Notes under the pieces: generated by a model
What the model was told of the DNA's origin: nothing
The model's input: only the letters and a program-made list of their open reading frames with translations
Databases searched by the model: none
NCBI GenBank assembly: GCA_964459335.1
Contig: CAYWJX010000002.1
Span: forward strand, 637 to 64,636
DNA: 64,000 bases
Origin: an uncultured Candidatus Saccharibacteria bacterium
GTDB taxonomy: Bacteria > Patescibacteriota > Minisyncoccia > Phycocordibacterales > SBAW01
Direction of reading: 5' to 3'
Shown: positions 1 through 7,707 of the stretch, in pieces
Layout of the letters: the number at the start of each line of letters is the position of its first letter
How positions within the stretch are numbered: position 1 is the first letter of the stretch
Translations under genes and position numbers: made by a program

Positions 1-1060
1 GCACCGCGGCAAAAGCAGCCGTGGCCGCCACGGCTGTTTTGCCGCTGCCTACATCTCCTTCAAGGAGACGCGACATAGGGTGGCCTCCTTGCATATCTTG
101 CACAATTGCATCAATGGCGCGGGTTTGCGCCACAGTTGGCGTAAAGGGGAAGTGGCTTACAAACTCGGCAACTTCTTTTTGCGGCACGTCGACGGCAAAA
201 CTTTTTTCGCGCAACTGCTTCCTCCGCTCTTGCCCGCGCTCGAGCTGTATCATAAACACCTCCTCAAACGCAAAGCGCTTGCGCGCGGCCACCGAGTCGG
301 CAAGTTTTTGCGGCATGTGCATCCACACGAGCGCCGCGGCAAGGCTCGGCAAATGATAGCGCTTGATAATGTCTGCTGGGATTGGGTCCTCGACACTCTC
401 GAGCGCTCCTTCTTTAATTATTTTTGCAACGGTGTGTCGAAACCAAAGCGATGTCACGCCCTTGCTCTCCGGATACATGGCAAAAAGCGGGGGAGCAGAA
501 ATTTTATGCAACTCACGCTGCGAGCTGCCAAGGTGAGTGGCAGGAAATTTTTGCTCTCTCGAAGGAAAAGAAGGTGGCTGCTGTCCACCTTGGCCGCTCG
601 CAGCGTGTTCATCATCCACCTTCTTTTCCTTCGCAAACAAAGTTTCTTCAGCGATAGAAACTTTTTGGAGTTGTGGATTTGCCAAATAGAGTTTGCCGGG
701 CGAGCCGCCCACTTTGCCAACCGCGCGCACGCGCGTGCCGTCAATATACATTTTTGCAATGTAAGGTTGGTTAAACCACCGGCACTTGATGCGGCCGCTC
801 GAGTCGCGCAAATACCCTTCACTCACCGGCACGCGGCTCTTCCAGCTTTTTTTGGTCTCCATCTTTTCCAACACGCCAATGATGCTCGCCTCCATGCCGG
901 CCGTGAGCCCGGCAACTGCCGCCTCGCCGCCCGCCTGTTCGTATCGAAAGGGGAAGTGGTAGAGTAAATCGCGCACAGTAGTAATCCCAAGCTTTTTGAG
1001 CGCCACCTTGTGTGTGTCTGCGAGCCGAAACGTGTTTGAGAGTGGGTCGGTGAGCCGCAT
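1..1060 (-). CDS. recG: ATP-dependent DNA helicase RecG, N-terminal ~353 codons (gene runs off the window start)
   Basis: Not in the ORF track because it is open at the window edge. Hand translation of the minus strand from ATG (1060-1058) gives MRLTDPLSNTFRLADTHKVALKKLGITTVRDLLYHFPFRYE ... FTPTVAQTRAIDAIVQDMQGGHPMSRLLEGDVGSGKTAVAA (RecG N-terminus/wedge region, then Walker A GDVGSGKT). The listed 80..967 + ORF is its antisense shadow. Confidence 0.85.
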   Translation of the reverse strand, partial: MRLTDPLSNTFRLADTHKVALKKLGITTVRDLLYHFPFRYEQAGGEAAVAGLTAGMEASIIGVLEKMETKKSWKSRVPVSEGYLRDSSGRIKCRWFNQPYIAKMYIDGTRVRAVGKVGGSPGKLYLANPQLQKVSIAEETLFAKEKKVDDEHAASGQGGQQPPSFPSREQKFPATHLGSSQRELHKISAPPLFAMYPESKGVTSLWFRHTVAKIIKEGALESVEDPIPADIIKRYHLPSLAAALVWMHMPQKLADSVAARKRFAFEEVFMIQLERGQERRKQLREKSFAVDVPQKEVAEFVSHFPFTPTVAQTRAIDAIVQDMQGGHPMSRLLEGDVGSGKTAVAATAAFAAV

Positions 1061-1073
1061 AATTCCCTTGTAG

Positions 1074-1079
1074 TATACT
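1074..1079 (+). promoter_or_regulatory. -10 box TATACT, 7 nt upstream of the malic-enzyme ATG (leaderless-type promoter). The palindromic AGTATACT core could also serve divergent recG.
   Basis: Sequence gtagTATACTcatatttATG; no Shine-Dalgarno between box and ATG. The same hexamer/spacing recurs at other gene starts in the window. Confidence 0.4.
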
Positions 1080-1086
1080 CATATTT

Positions 1087-2223
1087 ATGACCCAAAAACA
1101 AAACGATGCAAAAGCTCTCGCTCTCCACAAAAAACTCCGCGGGAAGATTCGCATTACCCCCGCCTTGGCTATCAAAGACAGGGCCACTCTCTCTCTTATA
1201 TATACGCCGGGTGTTGCAGCGGTTTCCACATTGATTGCAAAAAATCCAAAGCTTGCCCGCGAGTATACTATGAAGGCCAGAATGATAGCCGTTATCAGCG
1301 ACGGCTCGTCGGTGCTCGGCCTTGGCAACATCGGCCCCTACGGAGCGTTGCCTGTTTTGGAAGGCAAGGCCGCACTTTTTAAAACGTTTGCAGATGTCGA
1401 CGCGTTCCCGCTTGTGCTTGATACGCAAAATGTCGATGAGGTTGTCGAGACAATAGTGCGCATCGCGCCCGCATTTGGCGGGATTAATCTCGAGGACATT
1501 AAAGCGCCGGAGTGTTTTGCCATTGAGGAGCGTCTTAAGGAGCGGCTCGACATCCCGGTAATGCACGACGACCAACACGGCACGGCAATCGCCGCGCTTG
1601 CGGCGCTCATCAACGCGGCCAAGGTGGTCAAAAAAGATTTAAAAAAATTAAAAGTGGTTATCAGCGGCGCAGGTGCGGCGGGCACGGCCATTGCCAAACT
1701 GCTTTTTAAAGCGGGTGTTAAAGATATTATTGTGCTCGACAGTAAAGGGATTATCGATGCCTCGCGCAATGAGCCGCACAAAAAAGAACTAGCGAATCTT
1801 ACGAATCCGCGCCGAATAAAAGGAGGTTTGCAAGATGCACTGCTTGGCGCCGACGCACTCATTGGCGTGTCGGGGCCCGATCTCTTGCAGGCTAAAGAGG
1901 TGGCACTCATGGCGCAACGCGCAATCATATTTGCGATGGCAAACCCGGTGCCGGAGATAACACCCGAGGAGGCGCTTAAAGGCGGGGCAGCGGTGGTGGG
2001 CACCGGGCGCTCCGACTACCCAAATCAAATCAACAACTCGCTCGTCTTCCCGGGCGTGTTTCGTGGTGCGCTCGACAACCACGTGAGCAAAATCACCGAC
2101 GAGATGAAGCTAAAAGCCGCGCACAACCTCGCGGCATTGGTCAAAAAACCCACCAAAGAAAAAATAGTCCCCGGAGCGTTTGAAAAGGGCGTGGTCGCCG
2201 CGGTTGCCCGGGCGATAAAGTAG
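1087..2223 (+). CDS. NAD(P)-dependent malic enzyme (short single-module form)
   Basis: 378 aa. Malic-enzyme hallmarks: LSLIYTPGVA, VISDGSSVLGLGNIGPYGALPVLEGKAALFK, INLEDIKAPECF, HDDQHGTA, Rossmann GAGAAG, FAMANPVPEI, NNSLVFPG. Confidence 0.9.
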   Translation: MTQKQNDAKALALHKKLRGKIRITPALAIKDRATLSLIYTPGVAAVSTLIAKNPKLAREYTMKARMIAVISDGSSVLGLGNIGPYGALPVLEGKAALFKTFADVDAFPLVLDTQNVDEVVETIVRIAPAFGGINLEDIKAPECFAIEERLKERLDIPVMHDDQHGTAIAALAALINAAKVVKKDLKKLKVVISGAGAAGTAIAKLLFKAGVKDIIVLDSKGIIDASRNEPHKKELANLTNPRRIKGGLQDALLGADALIGVSGPDLLQAKEVALMAQRAIIFAMANPVPEITPEEALKGGAAVVGTGRSDYPNQINNSLVFPGVFRGALDNHVSKITDEMKLKAAHNLAALVKKPTKEKIVPGAFEKGVVAAVARAIK

Positions 2224-2304
2224 AACAAAAATAATACAGAGGCCCGTCTCGAGGCACTCGGGCCACTTGGCAATTTTCTAAATACGACAAGTGCAACATA
2301 TGTT

Positions 2305-3090
2305 ATGGTGCGCTATTATGTATTTATGCCCGCTGAGCCTTCTCCCAAATTAGCCGCCTATTCTGTAGTCGCCTCAATTGGTCGTATTATTGTTTCGGTG
2401 ATCGGGGGGATTCTACTCATTGTGGTGATCGTTCCGGCCGGTTTCTATGTCTACTCCCGAACAACTGATTACGTTCATGATCGAAACACACTACCACAAG
2501 TCAATACGGCGCTGAGTTGGGTCGAGGATTTTTACACCCGCGCCAATCGCTATCCAACAGAGAGTGAGTTTAATGCACAGTTCCCGTCGTTCCACACTAT
2601 TGGCACACACTCTGACTATTATGATTACAACTCTTCAGCTCCTCAATCTTATATTCTCTATTATGACCTAACGCAAACGTCATCAAATGCGCCTGGAGAT
2701 CCTGAAACAGGAGGGGGTCTCTTTGGCACCGTCTATCTGGGAGTGTATGCAGCATGGCCGTGTCCGCGATGGACAATAAATGGCAACGTGCAACCGCCTC
2801 AACCCATACTACTTACTGAGCAACCACGCGGTAGTATTTTTGCCAACTTTGCAACCGGAGATGTGTACTTTGCATACTTCAACGGAATGTATTCGTACGG
2901 AACAACGACCATCATGACGGGGTTGGTGGACCCGCGAACGTTCCAAAATAACAACAAGTACTACATCACTAATGGTAGTGATGTCTATGTATATGATTGG
3001 GATCCCGCACATTTAAAACTCATTGATCCTCTTAAAGTTGGAACCGTCCCCACTGGTTGTATCGAAAATACGCATCACTTTAATCCATGA
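2305..3090 (+). CDS. hypothetical membrane-anchored protein (one N-terminal TM helix, Tyr/Asn-rich extracytoplasmic part)
   Basis: 261-aa ORF with hydrophobic segment IIVSVIGGILLIVVIVPAGFYVY. No recognisable catalytic motif. The region looks AT-richer than its neighbours. Confidence 0.5.
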   Translation: MVRYYVFMPAEPSPKLAAYSVVASIGRIIVSVIGGILLIVVIVPAGFYVYSRTTDYVHDRNTLPQVNTALSWVEDFYTRANRYPTESEFNAQFPSFHTIGTHSDYYDYNSSAPQSYILYYDLTQTSSNAPGDPETGGGLFGTVYLGVYAAWPCPRWTINGNVQPPQPILLTEQPRGSIFANFATGDVYFAYFNGMYSYGTTTIMTGLVDPRTFQNNNKYYITNGSDVYVYDWDPAHLKLIDPLKVGTVPTGCIENTHHFNP

Positions 3091-3102
3091 GATGAGGAAT
3101 AT

Positions 3103-3123
3103 GTCAAACAATCGGTGTTTGAC
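3103..3123. terminator. hairpin between convergent genes (possible bidirectional terminator)
   Basis: Perfect 8-bp stem GTCAAACA/TGTTTGAC (3103-3110 / 3116-3123) with a 5-nt loop, lying between stop codons at 3090 (+) and 3136 (-). No strong T-run. Confidence 0.4.
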
Positions 3124-3135
3124 AGAGAAGGGTGA

Positions 3136-4245
3136 TTAAAACGAATCGGTTTGCGGGGAGCCTAAGCCGGTGACGTAGTCGTAGTGCGTGCGCGCATCGC
3201 AAAAGTATCCGCATGAGCCGTTGGAGCCGCTCGTGATATCGCGAAAGTATTTGGCGTGCTCGCCGGTTGATTTGTCGGCGTAGAGTTGCGCGTTGGTAAC
3301 TCCCGAGCCGAGGGCCGCAATGGCAGCCCATTGCGGCGCGCCCGCCGAGGTGCCGCCCGCCGTGTGCCACGAGCCTTTAACATAAATAGGGAAGCCGGTG
3401 GCCGGATTGGCATCGTAGGCAACATCGGGTATTGCGCGCATGCCGCCCGCCTTGGGAATACTGTAATTTTTTTGAAAGGCCGGCTCTTTTTCGTATGCGC
3501 TCACGCCGCCTCCGCTCCCGCTCCACGCGCCCTCGCCGGTGACCGCACCGCTCGAAGTTACTAATAGTGTTGTGCCGCCGACGCTAATGACATTGGGCGA
3601 CGAGGCGGGCCATGATGCACCCGCGCCGTTGTCTCCGGATGACGCAAAAAACGGCGCGCCGCTCGCGCTCACAAAATGCGAGTCCATCGAAACCTCCTCA
3701 GGGAACTCGCCGCCGCCCCAGCTCATCGAGATAGCCGATGCATTTTTAACACTCGCCGCGTAATCAACCGCCTTAAGCAAGTTGGCGCCGCTTGGTGTGG
3801 TAGCTTCGACCAACAAAATTTTGGCTTGCGGCGCGATGGCGTGCGCCCACTCGACATCGAGCGAGGTTTCCACCGCCCAGCCGCTGTTACTTGCGATGGT
3901 GGTGCTAAAGGCATGTTTGGTAAAACAACCATTGGCGGTGGTGCACGCGGGTAAGTTAAATGTTTTATCAAACACAGCGAGGTCGGCCTCGAGCGTCGTG
4001 TCGTTGTATGCGCCGACGATAACAATCGTGCCGTGGCCGCCGCTTTCGGGTAGGTTGTACGCTTTTTTAATTTGGCTCGGTGTCATGCCGACGGGCGTTT
4101 TGCTTGTGCCACCCTGCGTGTGTATCGGCGGCACGCCTTGGTAATTGCTAAAGTGATACGAAGCGTCTGCGGTGGTGTAAAAAAGCGCCTCTCCAAAAAA
4201 CAAACACGTGATAAAAAATAGACCGAAAGCTGTTACCTGTTTCAT
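3136..4245 (-). CDS. secreted S53 (sedolisin/kumamolisin-like) serine-carboxyl peptidase
   Basis: The ORF track gives 3136..4356, but the first 37 codons overlap the tRNA-Ser gene. Start chosen at ATG 4245 (MKQVTAFGLFFITCLFF signal peptide). Motifs: TPSQIKKAYNLP, GTIVIVGAYND, DLAVFDKTFNLP, SMSWGG, SSGDNGA, catalytic-Ser motif GGTSAGAPQWAAIAAL. No long pro-domain. Confidence 0.75.
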   Translation of the reverse strand: MKQVTAFGLFFITCLFFGEALFYTTADASYHFSNYQGVPPIHTQGGTSKTPVGMTPSQIKKAYNLPESGGHGTIVIVGAYNDTTLEADLAVFDKTFNLPACTTANGCFTKHAFSTTIASNSGWAVETSLDVEWAHAIAPQAKILLVEATTPSGANLLKAVDYAASVKNASAISMSWGGGEFPEEVSMDSHFVSASGAPFFASSGDNGAGASWPASSPNVISVGGTTLLVTSSGAVTGEGAWSGSGGGVSAYEKEPAFQKNYSIPKAGGMRAIPDVAYDANPATGFPIYVKGSWHTAGGTSAGAPQWAAIAALGSGVTNAQLYADKSTGEHAKYFRDITSGSNGSCGYFCDARTHYDYVTGLGSPQTDSF

Positions 4246-4325
4246 GCGCGGGAGCATACCAAGCTGCTTCGGGGGATGCAAGGCGGCGTGCGCGTAGACA
4301 AAAATTAGTGTAAGGTAATCTCTAC

Positions 4326-4412
4326 GGAGAGGTGCCAGAGCGGTCGAATGGAGCAACCTGCTAAGTTGTTGACCGGGAAACCGGTCCGAGGGTTCGAATC
4401 CCTCCCTCTCCG
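4326..4412 (+). tRNA. tRNA-Ser (anticodon GCU), long variable arm
   Basis: Hand fold: acceptor GGAGAGG/CCTCTCC, anticodon stem-loop GCAAC-CTGCTAA-GTTGT (GCT), variable arm TGACCGGGAAACCGGTCC, T-arm GAGGG-TTCGAAT-CCCTC, discriminator G. No encoded CCA. Confidence 0.9.
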
Positions 4413-4586
4413 CATTTTGAAAATACGCCTTTTAGGGCGTTATTTTCTTATGCGGAGAGGAGTGATGTACTTGAGTACATCACGTGGGGGATTCGAAAAG
4501 GCTCTCCCATATTTTTGAGAAGCTCTGCTTTGAAAAAATGGGAAGCCTGTACTGAAGCTGTAAGCTTCGAATCCCTCCCTCTCCGC
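4410..4586 (+). repeat. left copy of a perfect 177-bp direct repeat (starts in the last 3 nt of tRNA-Ser, ends with a 21-nt copy of the tRNA 3' end)
   Basis: 4410-4586 is identical base-for-base to 9092-9268 (offset 4682). It ends in TTCGAATCCCTCCCTCTCCGC (4566-4586), identical to tRNA-Ser 4393-4413. Confidence 0.9.
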
Positions 4587-4643
4587 CAGATTTCCAACTT
4601 TGAACCGAAGCAAAATAAGGGTTCTTGGGCTAAAATAAAGATT

Positions 4644-5483
4644 ATGTCAAAACCATTAACTAAAAAAGAAGCCGTCGAATATTTAGGTCTTGATGAGAAG
4701 ACTTTTGATAACTATTTTAAAAATGCGTTAGAATTTCCATGTCTCGATAGGAATGGTACCAAAGGACGTTTTTATTTTAACAAAGACGTGCTTCGTAAAT
4801 GGAAAGATGGCTTAGATTGGAGAACTGTTGAGCTAGACAAGGAGGATTATGCCTTGTGCTTAGATTTTGCGCTTGCACAGCATTTCAGAAATTATGTGCA
4901 ATCAGACTTTGGCACTGGACGACAGCGAGAGTTTGGTCAAAAAATTACAAATTGGGTCAAGGGTCAATTGGGAGAAGTCGCTGTTAAAAAATTCTTTAAA
5001 AGGGAATTTGGAATAAAGATTGATCTCGATTTTGATATTCGTGACGAGATCGTTTTACAAGATATAACAGGAGTTGAAGATAAAGGAAAAATGAGAGAAC
5101 CAAAAATTGGTGTTGGTATAAAATCATCCAAGCCAAAAAGCGCATTTTTGGTACTTGGGGAAAATGAAATCAAAATCAAAGAGCGTAGATCAGATATCTA
5201 CATCTACTGTCGTCCCGATATCCCCGATGATCATCTTTTGAGACTTACGAAGGAAGAAGTTAATGAAGCGGTAAAAAACAAACCTCATTATTCAAAATAT
5301 AAGGATTTGATGCCTGATTTTGTAAACATACCATGTGAAATCGCTGGGTGGTGCTATTATTCCGACTTGAAAGAAGTGAAAGAAATCCCCGGACAAGAAT
5401 TTGACGGCGTCAGGTTTGTTAAAGAATCTGGATTACTAAAAAAATCAAAGAAAGATTGGGAGAAACTTATAAGGCAACTGTAG
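4644..5483 (+). CDS. HTH (excisionase/MerR-like HTH_17) fused to a putative PD-(D/E)xK nuclease; candidate restriction endonuclease partner of the adjacent C5-methyltransferase
   Basis: The ORF track start 4515 lies inside the direct repeat; ATG 4644 (MSKPLTKKEAVEYLGLDEKTFDNYF...FYFNKDVLRKW) was chosen. Downstream GQLGEVAVKKF ... DLDFDIRDEIV ... IGVGIKSSKPK resembles a nuclease core. It converges on, and overlaps by 17 nt, the methyltransferase gene. Confidence 0.45.
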   Translation: MSKPLTKKEAVEYLGLDEKTFDNYFKNALEFPCLDRNGTKGRFYFNKDVLRKWKDGLDWRTVELDKEDYALCLDFALAQHFRNYVQSDFGTGRQREFGQKITNWVKGQLGEVAVKKFFKREFGIKIDLDFDIRDEIVLQDITGVEDKGKMREPKIGVGIKSSKPKSAFLVLGENEIKIKERRSDIYIYCRPDIPDDHLLRLTKEEVNEAVKNKPHYSKYKDLMPDFVNIPCEIAGWCYYSDLKEVKEIPGQEFDGVRFVKESGLLKKSKKDWEKLIRQL

Positions 5484-6612
5484 CTTCAACTTTCATATCA
5501 CTAAACAAACTCGCCATCTCTTGTGCGTTTGGTTCTACGTTAGTAAGTTTCGATTCAATAGATTCATAGGGGATTCCCGCAAAAGTTTTTAGTACAGCAG
5601 AAATTATAGCCTGTGCTCCAACTGGAGGCACAGCCATGCCGATTTGTTTTCTGGCACTTTCTTTTGACCCTTCAAAGAAAAAGTCATCAGGAAAAGACTG
5701 CAATCGTGCACGTTCTCTATTTGTCAGAGCACGATTTTCTGACCAATGATAGACATGCGTTCCACCTCCTCCACTTCCGGTGATCGTATAGGAAGGTTTT
5801 TGTGGGTCCAGTCGTTTGTAGATTTGGCTCATTCGAGCACCTTTTACGTTTAACCTTAGGTGTTGAGGTATTCCTTCATACCAGGCATTTTCTCCAGCGG
5901 GTATATGTTTTAATCGTTCTATAACACTTGCAGATTGCTTGGTAAGCTCATGATTTTGTGCGTCATTTGATATTCTCGGATTTTCAATTGCTTCGCGCGC
6001 GCTCACATAATTATTCTTTGTAGTCGGAGCAGGAACTTTGAATCTCAAACCCAAATCTTTCCTTATGCCGATAATGACAATACGATGTCTTTGTTGTGGT
6101 ACTCCGTATTCTTCAAACTTGTATAAGTGTGGCGTGAGAACATAACCTTTTCCTGCCAAACTAAGGTCTTTCAGAATTTGCTTAAAAGCATTTCCGCCAT
6201 TTGCACTCTGTAGGCCACTAACATTTTCTGCAATGAACCATTTCGGATTGTGTATGTTTATTGCTCTCACTCCGTGAGAATAAAGAGGGCCAAATTTTCC
6301 GTCAAAACCTTTCTGTTCACCAACTACACTAAAGTCATTGCAAGGAAACCCAAAAGCAAGCACATCAAACTTCGGAACTTTTTTAAAATCTATATCTTGG
6401 ACAGGAGCGCAAACGACACCCTTCTCGTTTCCATCGTGAATATTGCGAGCGTATGTCTTGCAAGTATCGGCGTCATAATCGTTCGCCCAAACAGGTTCGA
6501 TACCATAAATGGTACTTTCGTTTTCGGCAAAAGATCGGATTGCACCGAGAGCAAGCCCACCGGGGCCGGAGAATAATTCAGCTAATTTAAATTTAATTTC
6601 TTTTTTCTTCAT
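5467..6612 (-). CDS. DNA (cytosine-5)-methyltransferase
   Basis: 381 aa with canonical C5-MTase motifs: I ELFSGPGG, IV GFPCNDFS, VI ENV, VIII QQRHRIVIIG, IX/X ALTNRERARLQSFPDDF and GMAVPP. Confidence 0.92.
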   Translation of the reverse strand: MKKKEIKFKLAELFSGPGGLALGAIRSFAENESTIYGIEPVWANDYDADTCKTYARNIHDGNEKGVVCAPVQDIDFKKVPKFDVLAFGFPCNDFSVVGEQKGFDGKFGPLYSHGVRAINIHNPKWFIAENVSGLQSANGGNAFKQILKDLSLAGKGYVLTPHLYKFEEYGVPQQRHRIVIIGIRKDLGLRFKVPAPTTKNNYVSAREAIENPRISNDAQNHELTKQSASVIERLKHIPAGENAWYEGIPQHLRLNVKGARMSQIYKRLDPQKPSYTITGSGGGGTHVYHWSENRALTNRERARLQSFPDDFFFEGSKESARKQIGMAVPPVGAQAIISAVLKTFAGIPYESIESKLTNVEPNAQEMASLFSDMKVEATVAL

Positions 6613-6638
6613 AAATTCTCAATTTATTTTACCATTTA

Positions 6639-7265
6639 TTAAACTTCTTTCCTAAGTACACCGACGACCCTCCCTTGTATCTCTACGTTTGTCTCATAGA
6701 AGGGCTTCATTTTTTGATTTGCTGGAACCAGCTTAATACGGTTTTTTTCGTGATAAATTCTTTTTAGTGTAACTGCGTCTCTGTCTGGCAAATACGCAAC
6801 AGCTTTTTCGCCATCATCAACTGTCGATTGCTCGCGAACGACAACAATATCGCCGTCAAAAATACCATCTTCAATCATGCTTGTACCTGCAACTTTCAAA
6901 GCGTAGAAATTCGCTCCAGTTGAAATCATATTCCTAGGAACTTCAATCGGTCGAGGATCTCTAATTGCTTCAATAGGGCCACCTGCGGCAATGAGCCCCA
7001 TAAGTGGAATTTCTACGATGCCACTTTTCTGAATATTTAACGCCTGAATAGATCGTCTCTTGCCCTTTTCGGTGGTAAGTAAATTTTTCTGTTGAAGATA
7101 AAATACATGTTGATGAATCGTTGGAACGGACACGCCAAAATTATCTGCGATCTCTCCCAGAGAGGGGGCGTAACCCTTCTTGGGGCGAAATTCGGAAATA
7201 AATTGCAGTATCTCGGCCTGCCGTTTTGACGGCTTACCTATTCCAATGCTTGACTTTCTTTTCAT
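6639..7265 (-). CDS. lexA: LexA-family autocleavable repressor (winged-helix DNA-binding domain + S24 peptidase), island-encoded
   Basis: 208 aa. N-terminal RQAEILQFI...GYAPSLGEIADNFGVSVPTIHQHV, cleavage-site-like IAAGGP (Ala-Gly), catalytic Ser in AGTSM and Lys in VTLKRI. AT-rich like the rest of the island. Confidence 0.85.
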   Translation of the reverse strand: MKRKSSIGIGKPSKRQAEILQFISEFRPKKGYAPSLGEIADNFGVSVPTIHQHVFYLQQKNLLTTEKGKRRSIQALNIQKSGIVEIPLMGLIAAGGPIEAIRDPRPIEVPRNMISTGANFYALKVAGTSMIEDGIFDGDIVVVREQSTVDDGEKAVAYLPDRDAVTLKRIYHEKNRIKLVPANQKMKPFYETNVEIQGRVVGVLRKEV

Positions 7266-7300
7266 ACCTAAAGTATAATACCTTATATAAACCTAATCAA

Positions 7301-7315
7301 GTGGATGTTATCCAC
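7301..7315. promoter_or_regulatory. perfect palindrome GTGGAT-GTT-ATCCAC in the divergent lexA-like / small-ORF intergenic region (candidate operator)
   Basis: Read directly at 7301-7315, inside the 93-bp AT-rich spacer between start codons at 7265 (-) and 7359 (+). Confidence 0.4.
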
Positions 7316-7358
7316 AGGGGTTAAAGGTCGAAATTATAAAAAATTATGTTAAAAAATT

Positions 7359-7562
7359 ATGCCTAAATATATTAGAAATATTGGAAAGCATTGGACACAA
7401 AAAGCAGAAAGGCAACTTTCACAATTTGCCAAGCAAAATACTCCTACTAGAGTGATTGGCCTGAAGCTTGGTCGTCCAGAAAATGGTGTCCGTGCAAAAG
7501 CAAGTGAGCTTGGTATTAGTCTTCGTCCAACGAATCAGTCTCCATACAATCGTAAAAAATAG
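7359..7562 (+). CDS. small basic protein, possible Myb/GcrA-like helix-turn-helix
   Basis: 67 aa. The W..K.E..L....K.....VIGLKLGRPENGVRAKASELGISL pattern resembles the GcrA/SANT-like N-terminal HTH. Divergent from the LexA-like gene. No stronger support. Confidence 0.35.
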   Translation: MPKYIRNIGKHWTQKAERQLSQFAKQNTPTRVIGLKLGRPENGVRAKASELGISLRPTNQSPYNRKK

Positions 7563-7707
7563 GTACTTGGAAAAAGTGACTTAGTCGATAGAGCTTGAGT
7601 GTTTGATACGACAACCAGTATTCAGCTATTCAGAATTGCACACACAATAGCGATCAAAAAGCACACCTTCCCGATTGTTTGATTAAAAATTATTAAAACG
7701 ACTTAAC

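Noticed and set aside
10-45. Terminator-like GC-rich hairpin AAAGCAGCCGTGGC/GCCACGGCTGTTTT at the window start
   Set aside because: It lies inside the recG coding sequence (encodes ...GKTAVAATAAF... around the Walker A motif). The symmetry is a by-product of the Ala/Thr/Val codons, not an intergenic terminator.
80-967. 295-aa + strand ORF (and other long ORFs such as 27097..29127 -, 45904..46719 -, 46948..47589 -, 36479..37225 -, 40075..40743 -, 10620..11309 -, 12457..13182 -, 15530..16225 -, 32378..33043 -)
   Set aside because: All are antisense shadows of confidently identified genes (recG, nrdD, pilB, apbE, VIT, GT2 fusion, etc.). Their translations are Arg/Ala/His-rich low-complexity sequence typical of stop-free antisense frames in GC-rich DNA.
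4515-4643. N-terminal extension MRSSALKKWEACTEAVSFESLPLR... of the ORF at 4515, and the matching ORF 9005..9295
   Set aside because: The shared peptide comes from translating the 177-bp direct repeat and tRNA-derived sequence. A good ATG at 4644 begins the HTH domain, and 9005..9295 has no coding features.
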